Shown: in pieces, positions 1 through 14,422 of the stretch
Layout of the letters: each line of letters opens with the position of its first letter
How positions within the stretch are numbered: the stretch's first letter is position 1
Assembly: GCF_009914755.1 (NCBI RefSeq)
Contig: NC_060932.1
Length of the DNA: 64,000 nt
Reading direction: 5' to 3' (one strand)
Origin: the human T2T-CHM13v2.0 reference genome, Homo sapiens
Notes under the pieces: generated by a model
The model's database searches: none
The model's input: the letters and a program-made list of their open reading frames with translations, nothing else
What the model was told of the DNA's origin: nothing
Position numbers and translations under genes: made by a program

Positions 1-144
1 CAAAGATTATTAAAATATATGAGGAGTACATAGGAATAAATTTTATATAGAAAATTTTGACATGCCACTATAAATTCTATGTCATATCAAATAGAAAAAG
101 CAAATAACATAGAAATGTGAATAATTAATTAATAATTAAATTTC

Positions 145-500
145 CTCTACGATCTCACTTATATGTGTATCTAAAAGAGTCAAATTCATAAAAGAGAGCA
201 GAATGGTGATTACCAGGGGCTGGGGATGTGGGGGATATGAAATAGTATTGGTCAAAGTATACAAAGTTTCAGTTAGACATGATAAGTTATAGGATCTGTA
301 GTACATAATGATGATAGATAAATGTTCTCAACACAAATTTAAAAACTATATTGGGTGATAGATATGTTAATTAGCTTGATTGTGGTAATCATTTCACAAT
401 GTGTGTATATATACACAATATACAAACATGTGTGTATATATATATCTGTAAATGTATACTTTTTCATCAATTATGCCTCAAAGAAAAAACTCAAAAAAAA
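145..500 (+). mobile_element. L1MA/L1MB-type 3' end fragment
   Basis: Diagnostic L1M 3'UTR motifs: atctcacttatatgtg, agaatggtgattaccaggggctgggg, gttaattagcttgattgtggtaatcatttcacaatgt, then an A tail. Confidence 0.75.
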
Positions 501-1259
501 ATTAAAGTATCTATCCACATCGTAAAGGCTTCATACCATTTTTTAAAGCATCCAAGCAAAACTGATATTCTGATCTCCAGCAGACCAAAAAGAAAATTTA
601 AATGTACTCCACAAAAGTAAGATATATCAGGATAATTTCCAAATTAAAAGCAATGAATTTACAAATTAATAATAGAAATGTAAACAGAAAACCTCAACAG
701 CTTCAAAATTAAGAGTGCTTCTCTTATTAGATCAAAGTTTATGGAATATAGTCAGTTATCCAAAGGGACAAATTCATAATCTTTATTATTTTTTAAAAGA
801 TCAATAAAAGTAAATGAACTAATATTCAATTCAAGAAGCCATAAAAATAAGCTGTTTTCTTCACTATCAAACTATTAAATGTTTCTCAGGGCTAGACTCT
901 CTTCTCAGTCTGTTGCTAGGCAATTTCATCCACTCATCCTTCCAGTTTCACTTACCATTTATTTGGCAAGTGAAATAATTTAAAAAAAAAAGCAAAAGCA
1001 AACAGACAACAAAAACAACAAAACAGAAGAATGGAAACCACCCTCCTAAAAAGAGAGAAAGCAAAAAACAGAAGAAAACTTAAACAAAAAAAAAAAACCC
1101 TACAAACAACTTTCTCAGAGGGAAAAGGATAAGAAAAGCTACTGCAGTTATGAGAGTATGCTATTAAAAATGATAAAGAAAAATATGAAAAAACACTTAA
1201 AATTTAAAGCAAAAATAAAAGATACAATGAAAATTTCAAATAAAAGGTCAAAAGGCAAA

Positions 1260-3180
1260 GTTGAGACTTTCAGTTTCTTCTCTGACATTGGAGGTCATCT
1301 CGCCTATCTTCACCAGAGAAGAGCTGAACAAACTGAAAATCAATGACTTTTCTTCGATCCCTCAAAGAATTGAAGTCATAGGACAAGCCACCATCCTAAA
1401 AAACTGGAGAGACAAGAAAATATATGGAATACAGATCAGTTTACCCAAAGCAGATGTCACTGGAGACAGGAACTGGTAGGAACAGTTAAACAGTAATTTT
1501 GATAAATGACTAAAGGCTTACTGTTGACAAGCTCGAGTGTTAAAAACTCCTGGGGGACAAGTCTATGGGGGCACCTCTACACTTCTGTAGGTTGTACTTC
1601 CAAGAGTCCCACCAGGTAAAGATCAGAGATAAAATCCACTTGTGTTCGTCCAGGTTTGTGGGGAAAGTAACCATTTGAAATAGGCTCAGAGCTTTCTCCA
1701 CCAAAAAGGCGTTTATCAAGCAAGGGAAAATACTTCATCAGAGATGAACCTAACTTGAGGAAAGGGAAATTACTCAACTCCAGCCCCTTCTAGCCTTCCT
1801 ATCTCACATAATGGGGAGAAAGGTTGAGAAGCATTTGTGAAAGTCACAGCCCAAGGACACAGGCCCACTAAAAAACTGAGACTTCATAAGATTATAGAAT
1901 GTTTGCACTCTCTGCACTTATTATCAAATCAACTTGACTCCTGTATAATGACACTAAATTACTGCCAAAAGAATTGCAAGACTCAGTCTTTACTTAAGAA
2001 AGAGTTTCTAGGGAAGTTCAAAGACAACAAGGGAGACAAAACAAAATCATTGTAAAATATTGAAGCCTCTGACATGTACAACTACAGCAAACAGTAGATA
2101 CAACCCAACTTCTAGACAGATAAACATAAAACCTCAAACTAAAGGCCTATCTACCTCAGTTCCTATTCTGAGATAGCTCATGTACAGCTTTCAACAAAAA
2201 ATTACAAGTCACTCTAAAAGACAAGGGAACAAAAAGCAATCTGAACAGAAGAAATAAACATCAGAGATAGACACAGATATAGCAGAAATTTTGTAATTAG
2301 CACACTGAGAATTAAAAATGACAATGGTTAATATGCTTAGGGCTCTAATTTTTTTTTAAAGTGGACAACTTGCAAGGCCAGATACATAGTGTAAGCCAGG
2401 AGATGGAAACTCTAAGAAAGAATCGAAAGGAAATGTTAGAAATAAAAAGCTGTGTAACAGAAATAAAGAATGCCTTTAATGAGCTCACCAATAGACGGGG
2501 AATAACCAAAACACAAGAATCAATGAGATAAGATGTGTCAAAAGACAAAGTCACAGGAATCCATCAAAAAGTAGAGGAAAAAGAAAGAAAAAAAGACGAC
2601 AGGAAGGAAAGACAAGACAAAGTATAGGTCGGTCTGAGAAATCCAACATCTGACTAACAGGAGTAACAATAAGAACTAGAGAGAATGAAACACAAGAAAG
2701 TTTCAAAGTAACAATACAATTTTTTTTTTTACAAAACTGAAGGATGTAAATCCCCAGTATGATAGAATCCACCACATAAAGGCATCATTATGAACTTTCA
2801 GAAGCCCACAGAGAAGAAAATCAATCATAAATCTTCTAAAGAGAAAAATCAGTTCATGTACAAAGGAATAGGAATCTGATATTTCTCAGGAAAAATTCAT
2901 GTGTGTAGGTTGATAAAAGTATTTTCAGGCATACGAGAACCAAAAACTTTACCTTATGCAAACTTTCCATGGATGACAATGGAGGACAAATTCTAGGAAA
3001 ATCGAAGAGAAATTTAGAAAAAAAAAAAAAAAAAAGAAACCATTGGGACAAGGAAACTGGAGATCCAATGCAGAAAAATAATGAAGGAAAATCCATGACA
3101 AGAGCTGCTCAGGAGGCCCAGAGAACAATCTGTACAGATTAGAGCAGAAGAATGGAAGATCCAAAATCTTTTCATGAAAA
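1260..3180 (+). mobile_element. Old L1M 5'UTR/ORF1 remnants
   Basis: A-rich degenerate ORF1-like sequence (gtaagccaggagatggaaactctaagaaagaatc...agaatgcctttaatgagctcacc); no intact ORF. Confidence 0.6.
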
Positions 3181-3189
3181 AAAAAATGA

Positions 3190-3527
<338 letters not shown>

Positions 3528-4127
3528 TCACAATGAAACTGCAGAACATCAATGATGAAGAGAAGATCTTCAGAGAAATCTAAAAAATAAGATAAATGAT
3601 CTCCAAAGAATCAAAGTTAGACTGACAGCAGAATTTTCTATAACAACAATGAACTCAGGTGTCTATGAAATGAGTTCAATTTTGCTGTGAGAAAGTAACT
3701 GTCGGCCAGAATCTTATACCCAGAAAGTCTATAAAAAGTTATTAAAAACGAAGGTGAAATAAAAATGTCCTCAGTGAAGCAAAAACGTAGTGACTTTGCT
3801 ACCAACAAACTATCACTAAAAGAAATTCCAAAATATATGCTTCGGTCACATGGAACACGGTCTCTCACAGAAAGTTTCAAGTATGAGAAGGAAAAGGTTA
3901 TATGGATAAATTCAAACAAATATTGATGGTATAAAACAGCAAGATTAATGTCTTTGTAGATTCAAATAAAAATAATAAGTTATTATTAAAATACATTTAT
4001 AAGGTATAGGTTGATTTCCAGGTGGCTGGAATCAACCATGCTAAGATTCATGTATTGTTTAGGAGATGGGTAAAGATTTTAATTATACCACATCTTGATT
4101 ACTTAACATGCAAGTTGATATTTCTAA

Positions 4128-4484
<357 letters not shown>

Positions 4485-4516
4485 TGATCTAGGCAGTTAC
4501 TGATAAGAATGATCCA

Positions 4517-4897
4517 GGCTGGATACAATGGCTCATATATGTAATCCCGGCCCGCTGGGAGGCCAAGGCAGCTTGATCACTTGAGCCCAGGAGTTTGAGA
4601 CCAGCCTGAAAAACATAGTGAGACCCTGTCTCTACAAAAAAAAAAATTAATTTTTAAAAAATTAGCCAAGCATGGTGGTGCATTCTTGTAGTCCCAGTTA
4701 TTTGGGAGACTGAGGTGAGAGGATCGCTTGAGCCCAGGAGGTCGAGGCTACAGCGAGCTGTGATCGTGCCACTGCACTCCAGCCTGGGCGACAGAGTGAG
4801 ACCCTGCCTCAAAAAAAAAAAAAAATGATGTGTCACTGCATTCCAGCCTGGGAGATAGAGCAAGACCCTGCCTCAAAAAAAAAAAAAAAAAAAAAAA
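4517..4897 (+). mobile_element. AluJ-type SINE with a second 3' end and tail (4826-4897)
   Basis: Full Alu to 4825, then another cactgcattccagcctggg...agaccctgcctc(A)n. Confidence 0.9.
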
Positions 4898-6112
4898 GAT
4901 TCAGAATAGTAGAAAAAACTAATCACTTAGAAGAGAACAAAGAAAAAGAAACATAAAAAAGATAAAACAAAGAGGAAGCACAAAATAAATGTTAGAAAAA
5001 ATATCCAAATATGGTATATAGTAATAAAAATATATTGTATAAACAAACACTAATATTTAAAATATATTTATGTATTTATATATCATGTATTTATATACAT
5101 AGATATTAATAGCAATTATATCTATATACCATGTAGTAATTAAATCTTAATGAACTAAAAGTTCCCATTAAAAGGAAAAGATCATCAGAACACATTTAAG
5201 AAAAAAAAATCTACATTCAAAACATATGTTAGAAAAAATACCAGGAAATACTAATTAAAAGAAAACTGAAGTCACTATATTAATATTGTACATATTAGAT
5301 TTTATGACAAAAAGCGTTAAAATATAAAGGCTCACTACATACTAACGAACTGGAAGTTAACAGTTCTAGACTTGTATACCCCTAATAACATGGCCTCACA
5401 ACATGTAAAGCAACAATTAATAGACTTTTAGGAGAGACAGATAAATCTGCCACAATAGTGGAATATTTTAACAGAATTCTCTCCACAATTGGCAGATTTA
5501 GCAGGAAAAAAATAACGAAGATACAGGCCATTTGAATAACACAATTCATAAGGCTTATCTAATGTTAGTCTAGAAAATGCACCTACAATTACAGAATATA
5601 CTTTTTTATCAGACAGACATGAAGCATTTATCAAAACTGACCACACACATACAGTAATTCTCAACCAACTTAAAAAGATTGGAATCACAGACCTTATTCT
5701 CTGACTACAATGCAATGAAGTCAAAAATCAATACGAGGATGATAAGGAAATAAAGAACCTAGAAACAGATATCTTTCAATGGTCATTTGTTATGTGACAG
5801 AGATAGGGTTGCAAAGCACCCCTACCTCACTTTATATGCAAAGTCAATTCCAGGTGTATTTCACAGCCACATATGAAAGGCAAACTGTAAAACTTTTAGA
5901 AATCAAGATAAGAGAATATTTTTATGGCCTCATGCAGGAAAAAATTTCTTAAATAAAACACAGAAAGTACATATCAAAGGAACAGATTAATAAATATGAC
6001 TGCTAAAATTAAGAACTTGTATTTATCAAAAGTCTCCATAAAGAAAGTGAAAGATAGACATTAGCAAAATATATAACCAATGAAGAATCAATAATGTATA
6101 AAGAATATTATG

Positions 6113-6708
6113 GAACTACCATTTGATCAAGCAATACCATCACTGGGTATGCATCCAAAGGAAAATAAATTGTTCTACCAAAAAGACACATGAACTTGTA
6201 TGTTCATCGCAGCACTATTCACAATAGCAAAGACACGGAATCAACCTAGATGCCTATTAACAGTGAATAGGATAAGGAAAATGTGGTATATATATACCAT
6301 GTAATACTACACAGCCATAATAAGGAATAAAATCATGTCCTTTGCAGCAACATGGATGCAGCTGTAAGCCATTGCCCTAAGCAAATCAAAACAGGAAGAG
6401 AAAACCAAATGCTGCATGTTTCCACTTATAAGTGAGAGCTAAACACTAGGTACATATGGACACAAAGATGGGAACAATAGACACTGGGAACTGCTAGAGG
6501 GGAGAGAGAGAAAAGAGGGGAGAGAGAGAAAAGAGGGGAGAGAGAGAAAAGAGGGGTAAGGCTGAAAAACTACCTATTAGTTATTATGCTCCCTACCTGG
6601 GTGATGGATCATTCATACCTCAAACCTCAGTGTCCCATAATATACGTATGTAACAAACCTATACAATGTGCCCCTGAATCTAAGTAAAAGTTGAAATTAT
6701 ATTAAAAA
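6113..6708 (+). mobile_element. L1PA15/16-like 3' end
   Basis: gaactaccatttgatc...cagcactattcacaatagcaaagac...gctgaaaaactacctatt...cccctgaatctaagtaaaagttgaaatt. Confidence 0.8.
6497..6556. repeat. 18-bp minisatellite (GAGGGGAGAGAGAGAAAA) x3.3
   Basis: Three perfect copies starting at 6497, 6515 and 6533, plus a partial copy. Confidence 0.95.
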
Positions 6709-7277
6709 GAATATTGTGATTTATTTTTCAAAAGACAACCTAATAAGAAAATAGAAAAAAAATGAATTTCACTGGAGCAGAAACAAAATACACATATAAC
6801 AAAAGATGCTAAATCTAATTGACAAATCAGGGAATGCAAATTAAAATCACAGTGAGATAGCATTTAAATCTACCAATCCATTTGAAACTACTGTCACAAA
6901 GCAGAAATCCATTTCAGTGCTGTTGGGAGCAGGACTGTGCAACTTCCAGAGACAGAAACTTGAGTGACCCTGTCCACTGCCCAGTGAGCCCAGCTGCAAT
7001 ACCTGCTCTGTGACAGTAGTTTCAAAATGATGGAAAACAATGGGTCTATGTCATATGCTGGACAAGCTGAACACAGAAAAACCCTGCAAGGAATCCTTCT
7101 CATTGTGGTTTATGTGCAAGCCATCTTCTGAGGTTGTACACAACAAGCATAGGAGTTTGCAGGGTCCTGGCATATGCTCAAAATGTCAGTTTCTGGATTC
7201 TACCATCTCAAAGTATGCACTCCTGAAGTGGGAAACTCCCCAAAATACAGGAAAGGTGTTCAAAATTTTTGGGTGGC

Positions 7278-7675
7278 TGTTAAGGGCTGAATCGTGTCCC
7301 TCCAAAATTCCTATGTCAAAGCCCTAAACCTCAGTACCTCAGAATGTAACTGTATTTGAAGATAGGGCCTTTAAAGAGATGATTAAGTGAAAACAAGGCT
7401 GTTAGGGTGGGCTACATTCCAATCTGCCTGTGTGTCCCTACAAGAAGAAGAAATTTGTACATATGAGAAGACACCAGGGATGTGTGTGCACAGGGAAAAA
7501 AGCCATGTGAGGACACAGCACGAAGGTGGCCATCTGCATGCCAAGGAGAGAGACCTCAGAAAGAACCAAATCTACCAACACCTTAATGTTGTTCAATTGT
7601 GAAAAAACAAATTTCTGTCGTTTAAGTCACCCAATCCGTGGCATTTTGTTATGGCAGCCCTGGCAAACTAACGCA
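7278..7675 (+). mobile_element. MLT1B-like MaLR solo LTR
   Basis: TG...CA ends; gggctgaatcgtgtccctccaaaattc, tttgaagatagggcctttaaagag, tttgttatggcagccctggcaaactaa. Confidence 0.85.
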
Positions 7676-7844
7676 GCATCCAAAAAGGACAAGTGTTCAC
7701 TGAAACTACTCACTAGAGAAAATTAAAAGGTAATATTATAAAAATTATTAGTCAAATAATTTTTAATCAAATCAAATACATTATCAAATAGATAAATCAG
7801 AATAGTGATTACCTCTGGAGAGAATTGGCTGGGATGTTGTAAAT

Positions 7845-8177
7845 CAGCGGTCCCCAACCTTTTTGGTACCAGGGACTGTTTCACAGATGGCGGTGGGGAT
7901 GGTATTGTTTCAGGATGAAACTGTTCCACCTCAGATGATCAAGCATTAGTTAGATTTTCATAAGGAGCATACAACCTAGATCCCTCACATGCACAATTCA
8001 CAATAGGGTCTGCGCTCCTATGAGAATCTAATGCTGCCTCTAACGCACTAAGGAGGAGGCAGACAGAGCTCAGGCGGTAACCCTCCCTCATCCTCCACTC
8101 ACCTCCTGCTATGCAGTCCAGTTCCTAACAGGCCACCAACTGGTAGTGGTCCTCAGCCCAGGGATTGGGGACCCCTG
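7845..8177 (+). mobile_element. MER1B hAT-Charlie MITE with perfect 8-bp TSD
   Basis: TIRs cagcggtccccaacc / ggattggggacccctg; TSD ttgtaaat at 7837-7844 and 8178-8185. Confidence 0.9.
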
Positions 8178-8360
8178 TTGTAAATGATCTATATCTTGAT
8201 TTGGGTAGTTGTTACACAAATGTGTGTTTATGTCTGTATGTGTGTGTAAATATATACAATTTCATGGTGTTATTTATATACATATTAGGTTTGCACACTT
8301 TACCATGTGTATGTTTTACCTCAAATAAAAAGTAAATTTTTAAGAACTACCACAAAAGAG

Positions 8361-8581
8361 GAGAGCAGGTCACTTAAGGTCAGGAGTTCGAGACCAGCCT
8401 GGCCAACATGGCAAAACCCCATCTCTACTAAAAATACAAAAATTAGCAAGGTGTGGTGGTGCACACCCGTAATAACAGCTACTCAGGAGGCTGAGGTAGG
8501 AGAATCACCTGAACCCAGGAGGCGGAGGTTGCAGTGAGCTGAGATGGCGGCAGAGCGAGACTCCGTCTCAAAAAAAAAAAA
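8361..8581 (+). mobile_element. 5'-truncated AluS with an internal deletion
   Basis: ggtcaggagttcgagaccagcctggccaacatgg...gagactccgtctc(A)n. Confidence 0.9.
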
Positions 8582-8599
8582 GAGCCCCACAAAAATGCT

Positions 8600-9480
8600 T
8601 GGCACTAATTTTACTGGTAAGATCTTTCACATTTTCAAAGAGCAGATATTTCTCAGGCTATACAAACTGCCACAGGGTTTGTAACTAAAGCGATTAAATT
8701 CATTTTATGAAATTAGCATAACTCTGAAACTGAGACAGATAAAGAACTGGACCAATTTCACTTAGAAATTAAAATTTTTACATAGTAAATTATTAGCAAT
8801 ACATTTCAACTGTACATTTAAAAAAAATCTTTTACTAGCACAATTCAGGATTTATTCCAGAAATAAAGATGGTTCAATTTTGGGAAATTTATTAACATAT
8901 TCCACCCCATATGTCAGTAGATGTCAAGTGACATTCCATACAAGATTCCTGATTTTCAAAAAAAAAGAAATAGAAGTAGCTTTTCAAGATAAAAAATACA
9001 TAATGGTAAAATAAGGAAATTAAAAGGACGCCCACTAGCCTCACTATTGGTTAACATTGCATCAATCAGAGATTGCAGAACAATAAAAGTGGGTGAAAAT
9101 AGAGTTAGAAGAATTAAATGTTGTTTGTGAATAATAAAATGATATGCTTAGAAAACAAATGAAAAGCAACTTTACAAAGTTCTAAAATTAACAGGGTTTC
9201 AGCAAAGTAGCAAAATCTAGATGAATGTGCTAAAAATAATAGCTTTCCTTTCAATTGGCTAAAAAAATAATTGGGAGGAATGATTTCATTTGCTTTAGAA
9301 ACAAGAAAAAAATAAAATAATTCTAATAGAAATTATATAAGGTTCATACAAAATTATAGTACTTTTCTTCTATAAAATCAGATTTGAATGCAGAAGTACC
9401 ATGCTCCTGAATAGACAGGCTAATTATAAAAAGGTATCATTTTTTCCCAAATTAATGTAATAAAACTAGAAAAAATATAG
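8600..9480 (+). mobile_element. Highly diverged L1ME-like ORF2 remnant
   Basis: ggatttattccagaaataaagatggttcaat and gtttcagcaaagtagcaaaat resemble the L1 RT region. Confidence 0.5.
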
Positions 9481-9483
9481 ATG

Positions 9484-10035
9484 CGTGGCAGCTTTGGAAT
9501 ATGTCAACTTTTCTTTGTTTTTTGTTAGAATGAACTAGAGAGATTCTGAAGGGGGATTTGGAGGGCAGAAGTGAAACCACGCTATATTGTAGATTTTACA
9601 CAGTCATTGGTCCGCCGACTCATCTTATGGTGTGAGGCAGTGGCCAGGCCTACAAAGCTTCGCTTTCCCTGGATCCTCTTTCTTCTGCTCTGACTCCTAG
9701 CCCAATGTGTGTGTTTAACCTCATGACCAAAAGCAGGCACCTAACACCCCTAAGGATAGAGGCAACAAGAACCAGCCTGGGTTTCCTTCTGTCCCTGAGC
9801 GGGCTCCAGCTAGTGCTGTGATTCCACCTGGTCTTTGGTCTTCCCACTTTATTTCCATCTTCCCTTCTGACCACCTGCCTTCTGGACCGCAAGCTCCAGC
9901 ATCAGACATGAAGGCAGTGGCCACACAGAGATTGCTGAACCAGCTCCCACAATGGCATAAGATCAAATGCGAGTGTGTGTGTGGTTTCTGTGTCTCCTAC
10001 TAATTCTGCTTCTCTGATTGAACCATGTCTGATAC
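9484..10035 (+). mobile_element. MLT2F-like ERVL LTR
   Basis: GC-richer island ending ctactaattctgcttctctgattgaaccatgtctgataca; source of the spurious ORFs 9650-10102. Confidence 0.7.
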
Positions 10036-11329
10036 AAGGTGTCTGAGAAAGAACTGGTATGAAGGATTTTTTAAAAGAAATAACAGCAATGGAAGAAATC
10101 ACAAAAACTGAGAAGTATGACTACATACTAATTAAAATTTCTGAATGTTAAAAATACATTAATACATGGAAAGGCAAAAAACAAAACCAAAAGTTCTTAA
10201 CATGTGTGATAGATAAAGGTATAACATCCTTAATATATAAAGAACTCCTGTATTCCTATGAATGAATTCTTTAAAACTAACAATACAGATTTTTAAAAAA
10301 TGGGGGAAATGTAAAGAGGTGCCACAGAAAAATTGTAATTAGCCATTCAACATATTAAATCAATATGAAATCCAATTTTATTTAAAGAAAAACAAATTAA
10401 AATTTTAAATTGCCTACATAATCTACCAACTTTAATTTACCAGACTGTTAAAAAACAAGATCTAAGCTCATATAGTGATAGTGAGAAAGTAAATTGATAT
10501 GTGGTTTTCAGAGGTCAATTTGGCCAGACATACCAAGAACTTTGGGGGGAATTATGAATTCCACTTCTAGAAATCTAATCTAGGAACACAATTAGCATTT
10601 GGATAATTAACAATATGCAAAGAGATTCAATGCAGTAGTACCTATGCTAATAAACCATTGTATACATAATTATTTGTGAATAAGAAATTGATTAAATATA
10701 TCAAGAAACATTCATAAAATGGAGTCACAAGTCTCCATAAAAATGTATATATGTGAAATACTAAAATAACGAGGTAATGTCTATAATTCTATGTCAAAAG
10801 AATGACCTATAAAAATATGTAAAGTATGTTTCATTAAAAATTATAAATTAAACATTAAGATAATAAAATAAAGGGCTGTAAGAAAAAATACATTAAAATA
10901 TATGATAATGTAGGGAATTAAGGATTTTTTTTACTTTGGTCTTAATTTTCTTATGTTTGTTTTTCTTTATAAATTTCCATAAGTGTTCTACAATATTAGT
11001 TTTTTAATCATAAGAAATAGATGCTATTAATATACTAAATATTTGTCACTGGATTATAGGCAGGTTTCTGGTTTTATGGAATCCCAATTTTTTTTATTTA
11101 TTAAGTTTATAATCTTACTTTTTATAAAAATTGTACTTTTCACATTATATCCTCATCTCAGGCAAAGTGAACACACTTAAAAATCTCCAACATTCTCACC
11201 AAAAATGAGCTAGCTACCTTTCCTTTCCTTGACAATGTGAGATCTTTGAGCTGGAAGATCAGTAGAAATAGTTTCAACCCTGATTAGTAAAGGTCTTGCC
11301 ATTATTTATCAGAACAGGATTTTCCAAGG

Positions 11330-11580
11330 TGTTATAGCCCCAATTGTTAGAAAGTTCTCATCTAATTGTTTCCAACAAATGGTTTCAATGCTGTCCTCTT
11401 GGGCCACATAGAGCATATTTAATCTCCCCTTCACATTTAAACTCTTTAACTATTTGAAAAGTTTATATTTCCCCTAGGGTGTCTCAAGGCTACATATCTC
11501 CAGATTTTTCAACTATTTCTCATAGGTCATGATTTCGAGTCTCCTCAACTCAGGTGCTATCTTTCAGACACCCTCTCTTT
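11330..11580 (-). mobile_element. L3/CR1 LINE fragment
   Basis: aattgttagaaagttct...tttaactatttgaaaag...ttcaactatttctcataggtcatg resembles the reversed L3 3' region. Confidence 0.5.
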
Positions 11581-11720
11581 TTTCAGAGAATCAGTGAATG
11601 AGAAAACCTTATTGATTATCCAAAAAAAGAAGAAAAGCCAATGATAACATTTATTCTCAGACTCAGTACTATTTATTAGAAAAGAGTTGGGTGTGTTTTT
11701 TTTATATTGAAAGGTGAATT

Positions 11721-12000
11721 AAAAAAATAATTTTTAGTTTTTGTGGGTACATAGTAGGTGTATATATTTATGGGATACATGAGATGTTTTGTTACAGGCA
11801 TACAATGAGTAATAACCACATCATGGAGAATGGGGTATCCATCCTCTCAAGCATTTATCCTTTCTGTTATAAACAATCCAATTATACTCATTTAGTTATT
11901 TTAAAATGTATAATTAAGTTATTATTTACTACATAATAGTAAATAATAATACTATAGCACAACCCTGTTGTGCTATCAAATAGTAGGCCTTACTCATTCT
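11721..12000 (-). mobile_element. L1MA2/3-like 3' end with TSD
   Basis: gtgggtacatagtaggtgtatatatttatggg...; flanked by gaaaggtgaat / gaaaagtgaat. Confidence 0.8.
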
Positions 12001-12097
12001 GAAAAGTGAATCTCTAAGAACTGTTCTTCCAATACTCAGAAAATTGTAGTTTAGGGATAAACTTTACTAAATTATTTTATTCCTGGAAGCAATATAG

Positions 12098-12320
12098 ATT
12101 AGTATTAAAGGGCATGGGCTCTGGAATGAGACTATTTGGATTCAAATCCTTTTCTACTGTTCACTAGCTTTATGACCTTGAGCTGATTCACTGTGCCTGC
12201 TTCCTTCTCAATAAACTGAGTAGTGATAACAGTTAACTATCTCATTGAGAATTAAATAGGATAACGTAAGGAAAGCACTTAAGTCACAGTGTCTGACACA
12301 CAGTAAAGTCTTGATAATCT
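12098..12320 (+). mobile_element. MIR SINE
   Basis: gcatgggctctgga...ggattcaaatcc...actagctttatgaccttgagc core and gtgtctgacacacagtaa 3' end. Confidence 0.75.
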
Positions 12321-14047
12321 TAAGTGAAAACATTTATATACATTCTCAAAGTTATTTACATATCTATTTCAAAATAAATCTATTTATGATGACTGTACCT
12401 AGATATAGTAGATGATAGCACCTACATCTGCAAGTAAAAGGATAATAGTTACGAACAGTCATTTTTTGCAATATTTCATTTCTGAATCCTAAATGCATGA
12501 GTTGATATACAAACTGTACTTTTACTAATTCAAGTCAGTGGATACAGATCTTTACTGTGAAGGACAAAGGGCATGTGACACAATTAGCTAACTTGAATAT
12601 TCTAGGGGAGAAATGATGAGGGCTTGATTATTGGAGAGAAGGCGGTGGTTTTATAACAACAATGAAAACTACCACTTTACTGAGTGTTTACCCTGTGTCA
12701 AGCATTCACTCTAAAAGGAAGAGGAAGGCAGACACTGTGTTAATGCTTTACATGAATTTTTTCATTTAATCCCACAGCCCTACAAAGTAGGTACTGGAAG
12801 CATTCTGTAAGAAGGTTAAGTAACTTCTCCAAAGCCAATTTATAAGTGGCAAAGAAGGATTCAAGCCTAGTCCTTGATCACCAAGTTATTGCTGGGTGGA
12901 AAAAATCCCCAGACAGTGCTTATGACTGTTTAGATAGGGGGAGCAAAAGAACAGGGAAGAAAAGAGCCAGGCCTGGCATCTTTATAGAGGACAGAATCAG
13001 TAGTGATAAGAAATAGGGATCAAGTCGGGGTGGAAGGTGGAGTCAAAAGAGTAAAGGAATAATTCTTTGGTGTTTGTACTTCTTAAGACGATATCTAAAA
13101 GGCTTCTTTTGGGGTTAAAAAAAAAAGACAATATTCATAACATTCTAAGTAAAATAAAATTGGGACATGTAGGTTACTCTAAACCAATTTCTCATTACAA
13201 AGAAATTGAATGCTAAAGGTCAGTAACAACCACTTAACAGACTAGATAACATTCTCAATCCTTCCTTTCACTTAATTCTGATTTCTAAGAAAGTTAAATG
13301 AAAAACAAAAGATAACAAAAACACATTCCTTTTCCTTTTCTTTTTTTCACCATGGAGATTTTTTATATTTGGTAACTTCAGAAGGTCCACGTTTGTCTCA
13401 ATTTGATAAAATAAAATTTAGAAGTGGGAAATTAAGCATCATTCCTTAAATTCACTCACCAAAGGAGACCTCTCAGGACTCAGCAGCATGTTTCAGTCAT
13501 GCCATGTTCACTTTCAGAGGGACTCCAAGGCTGGCTGGCGATACCGCCATGCCAATGCTTTTTCAGATACACACCTGATTAAAGGCTACAGGATCAAAGA
13601 GCAAACCACTTATGGCAAAGTGCTGCAGAGCCAAAAGCTCATCTGTGGATGGAATCACTTAAAACTATTTTAAAGGGTCATCAGTAAGAGGGTGCTTATT
13701 TTTAGAAATGAGTTTTCTTTTGATACAAAGAAAAATGTTGGCCATTTCCTTTATGTTTATAACAACATTCCAATTTAATCTTCAGTTTAAAAATTCTTTA
13801 ATTATTGCACAACAGTGCTTTGTTGATTGCACAACACCCACATCTCTGTTTGATAGTAAAATCTAGACTTTTTTACAAGTGTTGGGGGGGTATGTACTCA
13901 TGAACACCCATTCTTATCCTTATATCATACTATAAGTAGTGATATATTTGAAAACCACGTTTTATCATTTTAATTCTGCTCTCAGGAGAGAGCTATAAAC
14001 ATGAATGATGGGGGAAAAAGTCTGTTATAAAAAAGTTATACTTTTAA

Positions 14048-14422
<375 letters not shown>

